From: Planctomycetota bacterium
GTDB lineage: Bacteria > Planctomycetota > GCA-002687715 > DRQF01
DNA length: 37,906 bases
Direction: 5' to 3'
Assembly: GCA_024275615.1 (NCBI GenBank)
Contig: JAJRYU010000388.1
Span: 1 to 37,906 of the forward strand
The position numbers and the translations under genes were made by a program. The notes below the pieces were generated by a model. That model worked only from the letters and a program-made list of their open reading frames with translations. It was not told the DNA's origin and made no database searches. Of this stretch, positions 29,756 through 37,906 are shown one piece after another. Positions within the stretch are counted from its first letter, which is position 1. Each line of letters starts with the position of its first letter.

Positions 29756-29959
29756 TCAACCTCCACCAACAAAGGACACCACTTCAATGTGGTCGCCCTC
29801 CTGGATCACTGTTGTTGCGAAACTTGTCTTGGGAATCACGTCTTCGTTGAGTTCAACAGCAAGTCGTTGATGCTCAAGTTTCAGTTCGGCAAGAAGCTCG
29901 GCCAAAGTCAGAGACTTCTGCCCTTCTCGATCTTTGCCGTTGACTTGAAAAGAGATCAT
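29756..29959 (-). CDS. thiS: Sulfur carrier protein ThiS
   Basis: 67 aa ubiquitin-like protein with VNG, AVELN..VI and C-terminal [12 protein letters not shown]; adjacent to thiG. Confidence 0.95.
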   Translation of the reverse strand: MISFQVNGKDREGQKSLTLAELLAELKLEHQRLAVELNEDVIPKTSFATTVIQEGDHIEVVSFVGGG

Positions 29960-31386
29960 GAGTCCTGGTCCTTGTCGTCGCTCTTAATCTTCTCAACACG
30001 ATACTGCAATGAACGCCTGGTCATCCCCAACTTTCGAGCAGTTTGGGAGACATTTCCTTCGCACCGTTCAAGCGCCATAAGGATAATTCGTCTTTCCAAT
30101 TCGTCGAGGCTCATATCCGTGGTGATGAGCTGCTCAAGGAGGCTCTCAATGCCAGCGGCGGTTCGCTCCGCAGTAAAGTGAAAATCCTCCGCTTGCAATT
30201 CGCTGCCCTTAGCGAGGACAACGGCGCGTTCGATGCAATTTTCCAACTCACGGACATTTCCGGGCCAGTTGTAGCCCAGAAGCTTGGCCGAAGCCGACTT
30301 GCCAATAGCTGTGATATCTCTGCCATTGCGTTCGGAGAATCGAGATAGGAAGTGCTCAGCAATCGGCAACACGTCTTCCATCCTCTCTCTCAGAGGGGGT
30401 AATTGAACGGGAATGACATTGAGTCTGTAGAAAAGGTCAGAACGAAAGTCGCCTTCTTTAACCATCTCTTCAAGATTGCGATTGGTAGCAGCAATGACAC
30501 GGACATCGACCTTGATGGTCTCAGTTCCTCCGAGTCGCTCAATTTCACGTTCTTGAAGTACGCGCAGAAGTTTCGGTTGCAAATGAAGCGGCATTTCGCC
30601 GATTTCGTCCAAGAAGATCGACCCATCGTGGGCAAGTTCAAACTTGCCAAGTCGTCTCTTGACCGCACCTGTGAACGAGCCAGCTTCGTGGCCAAATAGC
30701 TCGCTCTCTAATAGATTCTCAGGAATCGCTGCACAGTTAACCTTGACGTAGGCCCCGGCCGCACGCGGACTGTCAGCGTGGATCGTCTTGGCAATAAGTT
30801 CTTTGCCAGTGCCGCTTTCGCCTTCGACCAAAACTGTGGCGACGCTATCTGCGATTTGCGTTACTTGGGAAAGCACTTGGTCCATAATCGCCGACTTGCC
30901 GATGATCTGTGGCTTTTTCGCTAGATCGGCAATCTTCTCTTTTAGCCGCGTGTTCTCAGACTCAAGGCTTTGATAATTAAGGGCCTTCTTGAGTTTGATG
31001 ACTAGCTCATCCGTGTCAATCGGCTTGGTAAGAAAGTCGTGCACTCCCAAGCGCAAGGCCTCGACTGCGGTTTCAACCGTCCCAAATCCCGTTACCAGAA
31101 TAAACAGCATGTCTTCATGGATAGCGCGGACTTGGAGGTAGAACTCCAGACCATTGACCGCTCCCATGCGCAAATCTGAAACAATGGCATCAGGCTTGCG
31201 CTCATGGATGGCTTTCATGGCTTCTTCTGGGGAAAACGCACAATCGGCGCGAAAACCATCTAGGATCAGGACGCGCCTCAGCGAATCAGCCTGACCAGGG
31301 TCATCGTCGACAATAAGAATGCGGTTTTCGTTCACTTGGGTTCTCGTGTGCTTCTTTTCCATCCTCATGATACGGACCTGAGCCAA
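29956..31386 (-). CDS. Sigma-54-dependent NtrC/AtoC-family response regulator (REC-AAA+-Fis HTH)
   Basis: ILIVDDD, SDLRM, LTKP; GESGTGKE, ESELFGHEAGSFTGA, FLDEIGE, WPGNVREL; C-terminal HTH. Start uncertain (31386/31368/31362). Confidence 0.95.
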   Translation of the reverse strand: MAQVRIMRMEKKHTRTQVNENRILIVDDDPGQADSLRRVLILDGFRADCAFSPEEAMKAIHERKPDAIVSDLRMGAVNGLEFYLQVRAIHEDMLFILVTGFGTVETAVEALRLGVHDFLTKPIDTDELVIKLKKALNYQSLESENTRLKEKIADLAKKPQIIGKSAIMDQVLSQVTQIADSVATVLVEGESGTGKELIAKTIHADSPRAAGAYVKVNCAAIPENLLESELFGHEAGSFTGAVKRRLGKFELAHDGSIFLDEIGEMPLHLQPKLLRVLQEREIERLGGTETIKVDVRVIAATNRNLEEMVKEGDFRSDLFYRLNVIPVQLPPLRERMEDVLPIAEHFLSRFSERNGRDITAIGKSASAKLLGYNWPGNVRELENCIERAVVLAKGSELQAEDFHFTAERTAAGIESLLEQLITTDMSLDELERRIILMALERCEGNVSQTARKLGMTRRSLQYRVEKIKSDDKDQDS

Positions 31387-31418
31387 TCTCTAAACCCCGA
31401 CCTGCCATTGATCTTTGC

Positions 31419-32813
31419 TCAAAACTCCTTCGGCAGAGTGATGGTCACCAAGAGACCGCCGCCAGGAGCAGCCGTGGCCTGAATTCGGCCACCATGAGAC
31501 TCGATGACGGTCTTGGCCAAGGTCAAGCCCAATCCAAGTGATGCACTGCGTGTGGTGAAATAGGGATCAAACATGTTTTTCATCACTTCATCGTCGGGGG
31601 TTGCACCGTGATTGCGAATAGCGAGGCAAACAAGGTCGTGGCTCCCTGAAAGTTCGAGGTCAATGGTCTTCTCATTGGCTTGATCCAAAGCATCGATGGC
31701 GTTCTCAAGCAAGTTCGTCAACACTTGGGTGATTTTCGGACGGTCTCCCGCGAGTTCAAGATCGCCGGAATCGTCACGATTGATGGTAACCCCTTCCTCC
31801 GTCGCACGTGCCTGCAGATCCTGCAGGCATGCGCTAACTGCATCTCCCATGGACCATCGGGTAATAGCTAAGTCTCTGGACTTAGCGAAGTTGACGAAGT
31901 TATCGATGACTTTACGGAGCTTGCCCAACTCGCGGTATATTCTCTGGTAGTCCCCAGGCTGGGGTGTGTGCCCGGTCTTGTCTGCCAACTTCTCCAAGTA
32001 TTGGACATTGAGGGAAATCGCGTTCAGAGGATTGCGCACCTCATGGGCAATGCCCTCAGCCACAGATGAAATCGCCTTCAAGCGAATCGACTTTTCCTTG
32101 GCGGAAAGCGCCAGCTTCATTTGCCGCCTGCCGAGCCGAAAAACAAAGATAAAGAGCAGATAGATCACCGCCAAATAGACAATGACGAGTAAGGCGGCGT
32201 AAGTCGTACCCCGACCCGTCACGAGATGGAAAGGGCGAAATTCCAAGACAAGGTGGAAACGCAGCGAATCACCGATCTCCGGCCCGACCTTGTCAACAGG
32301 CCCATCCACGACCACCTCCACGAGTTCCGACCCCGAAAGAACTGCCACGTCGAGGCCAGAGTCTTGATCATGACGAAACGACCTGCCTGGGGGTTCTCGG
32401 TCGAGACCCTTGCCGATAGGCGCCGCAGTCTGAAACGGACCATTCCCTTTCTTGAACAAGAGGGCAATCTGGCGAGGTCTGAGAGTCGGATTTCGGCGGA
32501 ATTCGGCGTCAAAGTAGTGCAGAAAGGAGCGATCGAGGTTTTCTCGCCAGTTTTCGACTTCAAAGGGTTGAGCACTGGCAAGAAAACGGTTGGTTTGGCT
32601 GCGAATCCGCCGTTGAAACTCTTTCCCCCAGTTGATCCCCTGCTCGCGAAAATACTCCGGTTCCAGGCCTTCGACGTAGTTCTTCCAAATCATCACGAAA
32701 AGAAGACCAACCAAGGCGCTTGCCATGGCGGCCGTGCCCAAAAAGGCAAAGGCCCTGCGTCGCGCCAAGCGATCGGGGTCAACAATGAGCTTCGAGGGCG
32801 CTGCCACTCTCAA
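31419..32813 (-). CDS. Membrane sensor histidine kinase (NtrB-like)
   Basis: Two TM helices flank an extracytoplasmic domain. H-box AHEVRNPL, N-box NLLENAIDA, F-box FDPYFTT, G2 LGLGL. GAGG precedes TTG 32813. Confidence 0.9.
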   Translation of the reverse strand: MRVAAPSKLIVDPDRLARRRAFAFLGTAAMASALVGLLFVMIWKNYVEGLEPEYFREQGINWGKEFQRRIRSQTNRFLASAQPFEVENWRENLDRSFLHYFDAEFRRNPTLRPRQIALLFKKGNGPFQTAAPIGKGLDREPPGRSFRHDQDSGLDVAVLSGSELVEVVVDGPVDKVGPEIGDSLRFHLVLEFRPFHLVTGRGTTYAALLVIVYLAVIYLLFIFVFRLGRRQMKLALSAKEKSIRLKAISSVAEGIAHEVRNPLNAISLNVQYLEKLADKTGHTPQPGDYQRIYRELGKLRKVIDNFVNFAKSRDLAITRWSMGDAVSACLQDLQARATEEGVTINRDDSGDLELAGDRPKITQVLTNLLENAIDALDQANEKTIDLELSGSHDLVCLAIRNHGATPDDEVMKNMFDPYFTTRSASLGLGLTLAKTVIESHGGRIQATAAPGGGLLVTITLPKEF

Positions 32814-32880
32814 ATAACACCTCTTAAGTCTTGATATAGAATCACTTTATGGTAGATGCGGGAGGCCCGCTGGATCACGG

Positions 32881-32886
32881 ATTATA
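32881..32886 (-). promoter_or_regulatory. Candidate -10 (TATAAT) for the kinase-regulator-thi operon
   Basis: Perfect TATAAT about 70 nt upstream of the kinase start; no convincing -35. Confidence 0.35.
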
Positions 32887-33052
32887 CCGAGAATCCGGGT
32901 TACGCACAGTGGTGAATAAGGACTTCTGCCGCGTCTCAACAAGAAAGTCGAGGTTTCCGGCCTTCGGGTCAAGAGGATTCACTTCGAGTGCTGGCCTTTC
33001 TCAGCCTACTTCGTTAACTTCGTCCTGCAAGCCGGATGACCGTCACCGATCG

Positions 33053-33080
33053 CGGGGACTGTCGACCCCGGCTTTTTGTT
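33053..33080 (+). terminator. Terminator/attenuator-like hairpin in the nusA upstream region
   Basis: CGGGG-N8-CCCCG then GCTTTTTGTT. Confidence 0.45.
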
Positions 33081-33263
33081 ACGGCCGATGTAGGTCGTTT
33101 TTCCTTCGGGATGATGCGGTCCGGGGTAGTACCTTGGATTGGGCACGCTGGAGACCACCATGCGCTGAACGATTGTGGAATTCCCCAATCAAGATGGCTC
33201 AACAATGGAGACCCCTGGTCTCTTGAGCCAGAAGCGCTGGCCTCGTTGCAGCCGCACCGCATC

Positions 33264-33288
33264 AAAAGTGGGTTTACCCACTTTTTTT
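33264..33288 (+). terminator. rimP/nusA-leader-type attenuator hairpin
   Basis: AAAAGTGGG-TTTA-CCCACTTTTTTT, 70 nt before nusA. It resembles the GUGGG..CCCAC-U hairpin found ahead of rimP-nusA operons. Confidence 0.7.
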
Positions 33289-33358
33289 CGTTGGCTGCTT
33301 TGTAAGCGGCGCGTCGTTCCACATAGGTTCGACAGTTTTTGGGTGGAGATCCGCAGAC

Positions 33359-34690
33359 ATGAGCGGTGGACCTGAAGTGGTCAAACTCGTCAATGCCATG
33401 GCCAAGGAAAAAGGCATTGAGTCCAGCATTGTCTTCGAGAGCCTCGAGATCGCCATGATGGCGGCGGCGCGCAAGCGCTACGAGGACGCCGAAGAAATTG
33501 AAATCACCGTCGATCGACTCGACGGGGAATTCAGTGGCTTTGTGGACGAAGACGAAATCGAAGAAGGGGTTCTGGAGTCGCTCGGCCGCATCGCCGCCCA
33601 GACCTTCAAACAGGTCATGATCCAAAGGCTCAGAGAAGCCGAACAGGACGTGGTCTTTAACGAATTCGAAGGCAGAATTGGGGAATTGGTCGTTGGCACG
33701 ATCCAACGTTTCGAGGGTGACAATGTCATCATCGATATCAACAACTCGGAAGCCATCATGCCCAGGCACGAGCGCGTCCGTACTGAGACGTACCATGTCG
33801 GAGACCGTGTTCGCTGCGTGATCTTTGATGTCCGAAGAGTTGGGCATCGCGTCCGCATCGTCTTGTCACGGACTCACCCAGATCTCATTCGCCGACTCTT
33901 TGAGCTGGAAATTCCAGAAATCGCGGACCACGTCATTGAGATCAAGGGCTTGGCTCGCGAAGCTGGCTTCCGCACCAAGCTGGCCGTCGTTTCTTATGAC
34001 TCCAAGGTCGACTGCGTGGGCGCCTGCGTCGGCATTCGGGGCTCAAGAATTCGCAATATCATTGACGAATTGAACGGTGAGAAAATCGACATCATTCGTT
34101 GGAGCGAGTCTCCCGAAGTCCTCATCATGAATTCACTTAAACCGGCAGAGATTCAGTCCATCACCATGGATGACGAAACCGGTGAGGCCATCGTGCAAGT
34201 TGCAGAAGATCAACTTTCTCTGGCCATCGGCAAGCGCGGACAAAATGTACGCTTGGCGGCACGGCTGACCAATTGGGACGTCAACATCCAGGGTGAAGGT
34301 GTCAACAAGCTTTCCGGTGGCGGTGGCGGTGCCGGTCTCAACGAAGCTGAGCAACGGATTTTGGAACACATGAAGACTGGAGCGGAATTGGACGAGCCGC
34401 CAACGACGGCACCAGCCAAGCCCATGGCAGTTGAAGACTCTGCAAAAGCAGAAAGTGATCCTCTTCTGGCAATGGCACGAGAACAAATGGCCCTCGACGA
34501 GGAGGCCTCTGAGACTTCAGAAACCCAAGAAACGGCTCCGGTTGAGCCACAAGCGGATTCGGACGACAGCGAAGAAGATCCGCTCTTGGCCATGGCAAAA
34601 GAGGCCGCCGCACGCGGTGACCTCGATGATGTCGGAACATCTTCGGAAGATAGTGACGACGACGACGATAGTAGCGAGCAAAAGTCTTAG
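33359..34690 (+). CDS. nusA: Transcription termination/antitermination factor NusA with long acidic tail
   Basis: GRIAAQ..KQV..Q.LREAE, S1 domain, LSRTHP, AREAG.RTK.AV, GACVG.RGSRI and SLAIGKRGQNVRLAARLT.W. Confidence 0.98.
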   Translation: MSGGPEVVKLVNAMAKEKGIESSIVFESLEIAMMAAARKRYEDAEEIEITVDRLDGEFSGFVDEDEIEEGVLESLGRIAAQTFKQVMIQRLREAEQDVVFNEFEGRIGELVVGTIQRFEGDNVIIDINNSEAIMPRHERVRTETYHVGDRVRCVIFDVRRVGHRVRIVLSRTHPDLIRRLFELEIPEIADHVIEIKGLAREAGFRTKLAVVSYDSKVDCVGACVGIRGSRIRNIIDELNGEKIDIIRWSESPEVLIMNSLKPAEIQSITMDDETGEAIVQVAEDQLSLAIGKRGQNVRLAARLTNWDVNIQGEGVNKLSGGGGGAGLNEAEQRILEHMKTGAELDEPPTTAPAKPMAVEDSAKAESDPLLAMAREQMALDEEASETSETQETAPVEPQADSDDSEEDPLLAMAKEAAARGDLDDVGTSSEDSDDDDDSSEQKS

Positions 34691-34776
34691 GACTTCGCTG
34701 CCGGGGGTTGAGGATGTTCTCGACTCCCGTGAGTAACAGACGACGACAGAGATGAGCGAAACCAAGAGTTCAAGGC

Positions 34777-37473
34777 ATGCCGATTCGAGTATACAAACTG
34801 GCAAAAGAACTGCGTGTCACTTCGAAGGACATCATGGGCGAAGCCCTGAACCATGGCATCGAAGTACAGAATCATATGGGTTCTTTGACTGAGGCTCAGG
34901 CCAACGTCATTCGTGCTTTCCTTTACGTGCCACCTCCACCCGAAGAAAAGAAACCAGCACCAAAGAAAAAGCCGGCCAAGAAAAAAGCCATCAAGAAGAA
35001 GGCCAAAGCCGACGAAGAGGTCACCTCACCTGAAAAGGAAACCGAAGCGGCCGAAGTCGAGATGATCGAACTGAAGCCCGTCACACCTCCTGGTGCGCGC
35101 TACACTGCACCGGAGCCTGAGGTTGTCGCTGAAGCCGAAGTCGAAGCTGAAGTGGATATAGCTGCAGAGGAAGAAACTCAAGAAGAGTCAACGCCGGAGC
35201 TTCAGGTTTCCATGGGTAACATCGGTTCGGCAATCGTAAACCCGCGAGCCGCCGAGCCAACGATTGCAGCGCCAGAAGAAGCCGGCGAGGAAACCGACGA
35301 AACTGTCGTTCGTGAAATCAAGGTAGCACCGGGCACAGCCAAGGTCCTAACCTCGAAGACTTTGTCGCACATCGACGAAAGCAAACCAACAAAAGAATTG
35401 CCTAAACGGCGTCAAGCAACAATTCTTGGTCGCCGGGAGTTGCCCAAAGCAAAGACCGATTCAGGGCCGAAGAGCCGGGATCGCAACGCACCTGCTGCAG
35501 CACCCTCCGAAGCGGAAGGTCTCACCCAAACAAAATCAGTCGGCTCAAAGCGAACATTCGTTCGTTCACCTCACCGTGGCGGTCGAGGCGGAGGACGAGG
35601 CGGTGGCTACGGTAGTCCCGGCGGTGCATTTGGAAATCGTGGTGGTGGCGGCGGTCGCCGTGGCCAATTCCAACGCCCACAAAAGAAATCGTCGAAACCA
35701 GTCGAACGCCCAGAGAGCATCGAGATTCAGTTGCCAATCACCGTCAAGGATTTGTCCTCGGCTATGGCTCTGAAATCTGCTTTGATCATCGAGCAGCTCA
35801 TCAAGAACCACGGCATCTTGCCCAGCATTAACACGATGCTAGACAAAGAAACTGTTGAGCTGATCGGCATCGAATTTGACTGCGAGATCAAAGTCACCGA
35901 AAAGGACTTGGAACAAGAGTTCACGCAGGATGAAGTTGAAGTTTGGGAAGGTGAAGAGAGCGATCTCATCAACCGTGCCCCCATCGTCACTTTCTTGGGA
36001 CATGTTGACCACGGCAAGACTTCTCTGGTCGACTTCATTCGGACAACCAGGGTTGCGGAAAAGGAACACGGCGGCATCACTCAACATGTGGGTGCTTATC
36101 GTGTCGAAAAGGATTCGGGAGCCTTGGTCTTTCTCGATACTCCTGGGCACAAAGCTTTCACTGAAATGCGAGCTCGTGGGGCCCAGGTGACCGATGTGGT
36201 TGTTCTTGTGGTCGCAGCCGACGACGGTGTTATGCCGCAAACGGAAGAAGCCATTAGCCACGCCAAGGCTGCGGACACAGCAATTGTTGTGGCAATCAAC
36301 AAGTGTGACAAGCCGGATGCCAACGTCGCCCAAGTAAAACAGCAACTTTCCGGACTCGGTTTGCAGCCGGAAGACTGGGGTGGAGCCACGGTTTGTGTCG
36401 AAGTATCCGCCCTCACAGGCCAAGGCATTGACGACCTACTTGAGTCGATCAGCTTGGTTGCTGAGATTCTCGAGCTCAAAGCAAATCCAAAACGGCCAGG
36501 AATCGCAACTGTCATCGAATCCCTGCAGAAAAAGGGCGAAGGCAACGTCGCGCGGGTTCTGGTCACGGACGGGACATTGAAACGCGGCGACAGCTTCTTG
36601 TGCGGTCATGTTTTCGGCAAGATCAAGTCACTGCGTTTGCCTGATGGTAAAACTGCGAAAGAAGTTGGTCCAGCATGGCCAGCTGAAATCAGTGGCCTGG
36701 CTGAACTTCCAGCTGCCGGTGATCGTTTCTTCGTTGTCAAGGATTTGGCGAAGGCCAAGTCGCTGGCGGACGAACGTCAAGAACGCCTGCGCGAAGATCG
36801 TCTGGCCGCACGCCAGAACACCAACCTTGAGAATCTTCTCAAGAAAGCCAATACCGATCAGTTCAATTTGATCCTGAAGACTGACACGGTCGGCTCACTG
36901 GAAGTTCTCAAGAAAGAGATCATTGCCCTGACCCATGAGGAAGTCGAACCAAAAATCATCCACGCAGCCGTTGGCGGTATCACTGATACGGATGTGACCT
37001 TGGCTGATGCCTCGGACGCCGTCATTATGAGCTTCTGCGTGACCGACAGCGCAACGGCACGCCGCTTGGCAGATGAACGCGGCGTCGAGATTCGGCACTA
37101 CAATGTCCTCTACAATCTGCTGGATGACATCAAAGAAGCCATGGAAGGCAAACTTGCTCCAGAACTAAAAGAGACCATCACAGGTCACATCGAAGTTCTC
37201 AAGACCTTCAAGATCTCCCGTGTCGGCACCATCGCTGGCTGTACGATCTTGGACGGTCTCATCAGGAGTACTGCAATGATCCGAGTCACCCGTGATGGCA
37301 TCCTGATCCACGAGGGCAAGCTGGCCTCACTGCGTTACATCAAAGATGATGTCAAAGAAATCAAAGAAGGTTCCGAATGCGGCATCAGGCTGCAGAACTA
37401 TGATGACGTCAAGGTTGGCGACATTTTTGAGCCATACGAAATTGAGAAGATCAAACGTAGTCTCGACGACTAA
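34777..37473 (+). CDS. infB: Translation initiation factor IF-2
   Basis: IF2_N RVYKLAKEL, GHVDHGKT, GGITQH, DTPGH, NKCD, SALTG and C-terminal G.ECGI. Confidence 0.99.
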   Translation: MPIRVYKLAKELRVTSKDIMGEALNHGIEVQNHMGSLTEAQANVIRAFLYVPPPPEEKKPAPKKKPAKKKAIKKKAKADEEVTSPEKETEAAEVEMIELKPVTPPGARYTAPEPEVVAEAEVEAEVDIAAEEETQEESTPELQVSMGNIGSAIVNPRAAEPTIAAPEEAGEETDETVVREIKVAPGTAKVLTSKTLSHIDESKPTKELPKRRQATILGRRELPKAKTDSGPKSRDRNAPAAAPSEAEGLTQTKSVGSKRTFVRSPHRGGRGGGRGGGYGSPGGAFGNRGGGGGRRGQFQRPQKKSSKPVERPESIEIQLPITVKDLSSAMALKSALIIEQLIKNHGILPSINTMLDKETVELIGIEFDCEIKVTEKDLEQEFTQDEVEVWEGEESDLINRAPIVTFLGHVDHGKTSLVDFIRTTRVAEKEHGGITQHVGAYRVEKDSGALVFLDTPGHKAFTEMRARGAQVTDVVVLVVAADDGVMPQTEEAISHAKAADTAIVVAINKCDKPDANVAQVKQQLSGLGLQPEDWGGATVCVEVSALTGQGIDDLLESISLVAEILELKANPKRPGIATVIESLQKKGEGNVARVLVTDGTLKRGDSFLCGHVFGKIKSLRLPDGKTAKEVGPAWPAEISGLAELPAAGDRFFVVKDLAKAKSLADERQERLREDRLAARQNTNLENLLKKANTDQFNLILKTDTVGSLEVLKKEIIALTHEEVEPKIIHAAVGGITDTDVTLADASDAVIMSFCVTDSATARRLADERGVEIRHYNVLYNLLDDIKEAMEGKLAPELKETITGHIEVLKTFKISRVGTIAGCTILDGLIRSTAMIRVTRDGILIHEGKLASLRYIKDDVKEIKEGSECGIRLQNYDDVKVGDIFEPYEIEKIKRSLDD

Positions 37474-37526
37474 GAAGTGAAACCGCCGCGCTCATGTAGA
37501 TGGGCGCGGCGAACTCCTCCAATCCC

Positions 37527-37808
37527 ATGTTGATTGCCGCGATCCAGATCGAGCTTTCAATTCCTTGGGCGATGAGCCTCAAGGATAAGCGTCATGTTGT
37601 TAAGGGACTCAAAGAAAAGATTCGTCACCGTTTTCACTGTTCCACAGCAGAAGTAGCAGACAATGAACTCTGGCGAAGCGCCGTCATCGGCATTGCGGTT
37701 GTTGGCAACGACGCCAAGTTCTTGCAAAGCGTGGCACAGAAAATCATAAACTTCGCTGAGGAGTACCCCGATGCCAATGTCGAGGACTTCAGCATCGAGA
37801 TAATCTGA
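37527..37808 (+). CDS. DUF503 (YlxP-like) protein
   Basis: SLKDKR.VVK.L......F..S.AEV.....W....IG; usual position between infB and rbfA. Start ATG 37527 preferred. Confidence 0.88.
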   Translation: MLIAAIQIELSIPWAMSLKDKRHVVKGLKEKIRHRFHCSTAEVADNELWRSAVIGIAVVGNDAKFLQSVAQKIINFAEEYPDANVEDFSIEII

Positions 37809-37815
37809 GAAGAAC

Positions 37816-37906
37816 ATGGGTTACAAGATCGAACGCCTGCAACAGGTCATCAAGTTCAAAGTTTGCCAAGTCATCCAGCGTGACCTGTCCGACCCGCGCA
37901 TCGGTA
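37816..37906 (+). CDS. rbfA: 30S ribosome-binding factor A, 3'-truncated by the window edge
   Basis: MGYKIERLQQVIKFKVCQVIQRDLSDPRIG has the RbfA N-terminal R...I......I..DPR pattern; synteny after infB-DUF503. Confidence 0.85.
   Translation, partial: MGYKIERLQQVIKFKVCQVIQRDLSDPRIG

Larger units (their letters stand above)
32959..33310 (+). ncRNA. Highly structured leader or ncRNA candidate upstream of nusA
   Basis: Ten or more stems, including two C(UUCG)G hairpins and a 9-bp long-range stem (33112-33120 / 33256-33264) enclosing a multibranch domain. Confidence 0.45.

Noticed and set aside
32990-33010. Minus-strand GGCTGAGA resembling the TPP riboswitch core, upstream of the operon containing thiSG
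   Set aside because: The rest of the aptamer (ACCTGA...TAAT..C.GCG.AGG) is missing, and thiS is 3 kb downstream.
33051-33125. CGCGGGG, like the start of tRNA-fMet (metY precedes nusA in E. coli)
   Set aside because: No D-arm, anticodon arm, TTCGA loop at the right spacing or acceptor pairing; it forms a simple hairpin.
32849-33305. Short + strand ORFs upstream of nusA (125, 89 and 66 aa) as possible rimP remnants
   Set aside because: No RimP motifs (EVSSPG..R.L), atypical composition, and they cross terminator-like hairpins.
33014-33847. 277-aa antisense ORF over nusA, and similar long antisense/alternate-frame ORFs (984-1787, 7094-7753, 32226-32834, 35839-36423)
   Set aside because: Shadow ORFs of well-supported genes, with no recognisable motifs.
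34920-35700. Low-complexity K-, E- and RGG-rich stretches in IF2
   Set aside because: Normal for the variable IF2 N-terminal region.
1-37906. CRISPR array, rRNA/tRNA, transposase, integrase, prophage or defence genes
   Set aside because: No regularly spaced repeats and no such protein or RNA signatures were seen.

Overview
Bacterial chromosomal window with a fairly even GC content and about 31 protein genes. I found no rRNA, tRNA, CRISPR array, transposase or phage genes. Gene content and style suggest a Planctomycetota-like organism (inference only): short NusA N-terminal domain, no rimP before nusA, and many secreted FG-GAP, beta-helix and carboxypeptidase-regulatory-like proteins. From left to right: secreted/membrane proteins; a split surface-glycan locus (Wzx-like flippase, two GT4, two SAM methyltransferases, MsbA-like ABC exporter); hutH-hutU; a membrane-anchored trypsin-like protease; GNAT; TrmH; a Tat-exported Fe/Mn SOD; an NlpC/P60-like protein; an RluA-family synthase; a tightly packed histidine kinase / sigma54 regulator / thiS / thiG / CPBP protease / gamma-CA string; and nusA-infB-DUF503-rbfA. 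The most unexplained signals are non-coding or sub-genic: a ~350-nt highly structured nusA leader with several terminator-like hairpins, a 176-bp MITE inserted at a stop codon, a REP doublet, a duplicated motif in an acidic NusA tail, and a possibly shared C-terminal module on two unrelated secreted proteins. None of these can be established as a new system from sequence alone.
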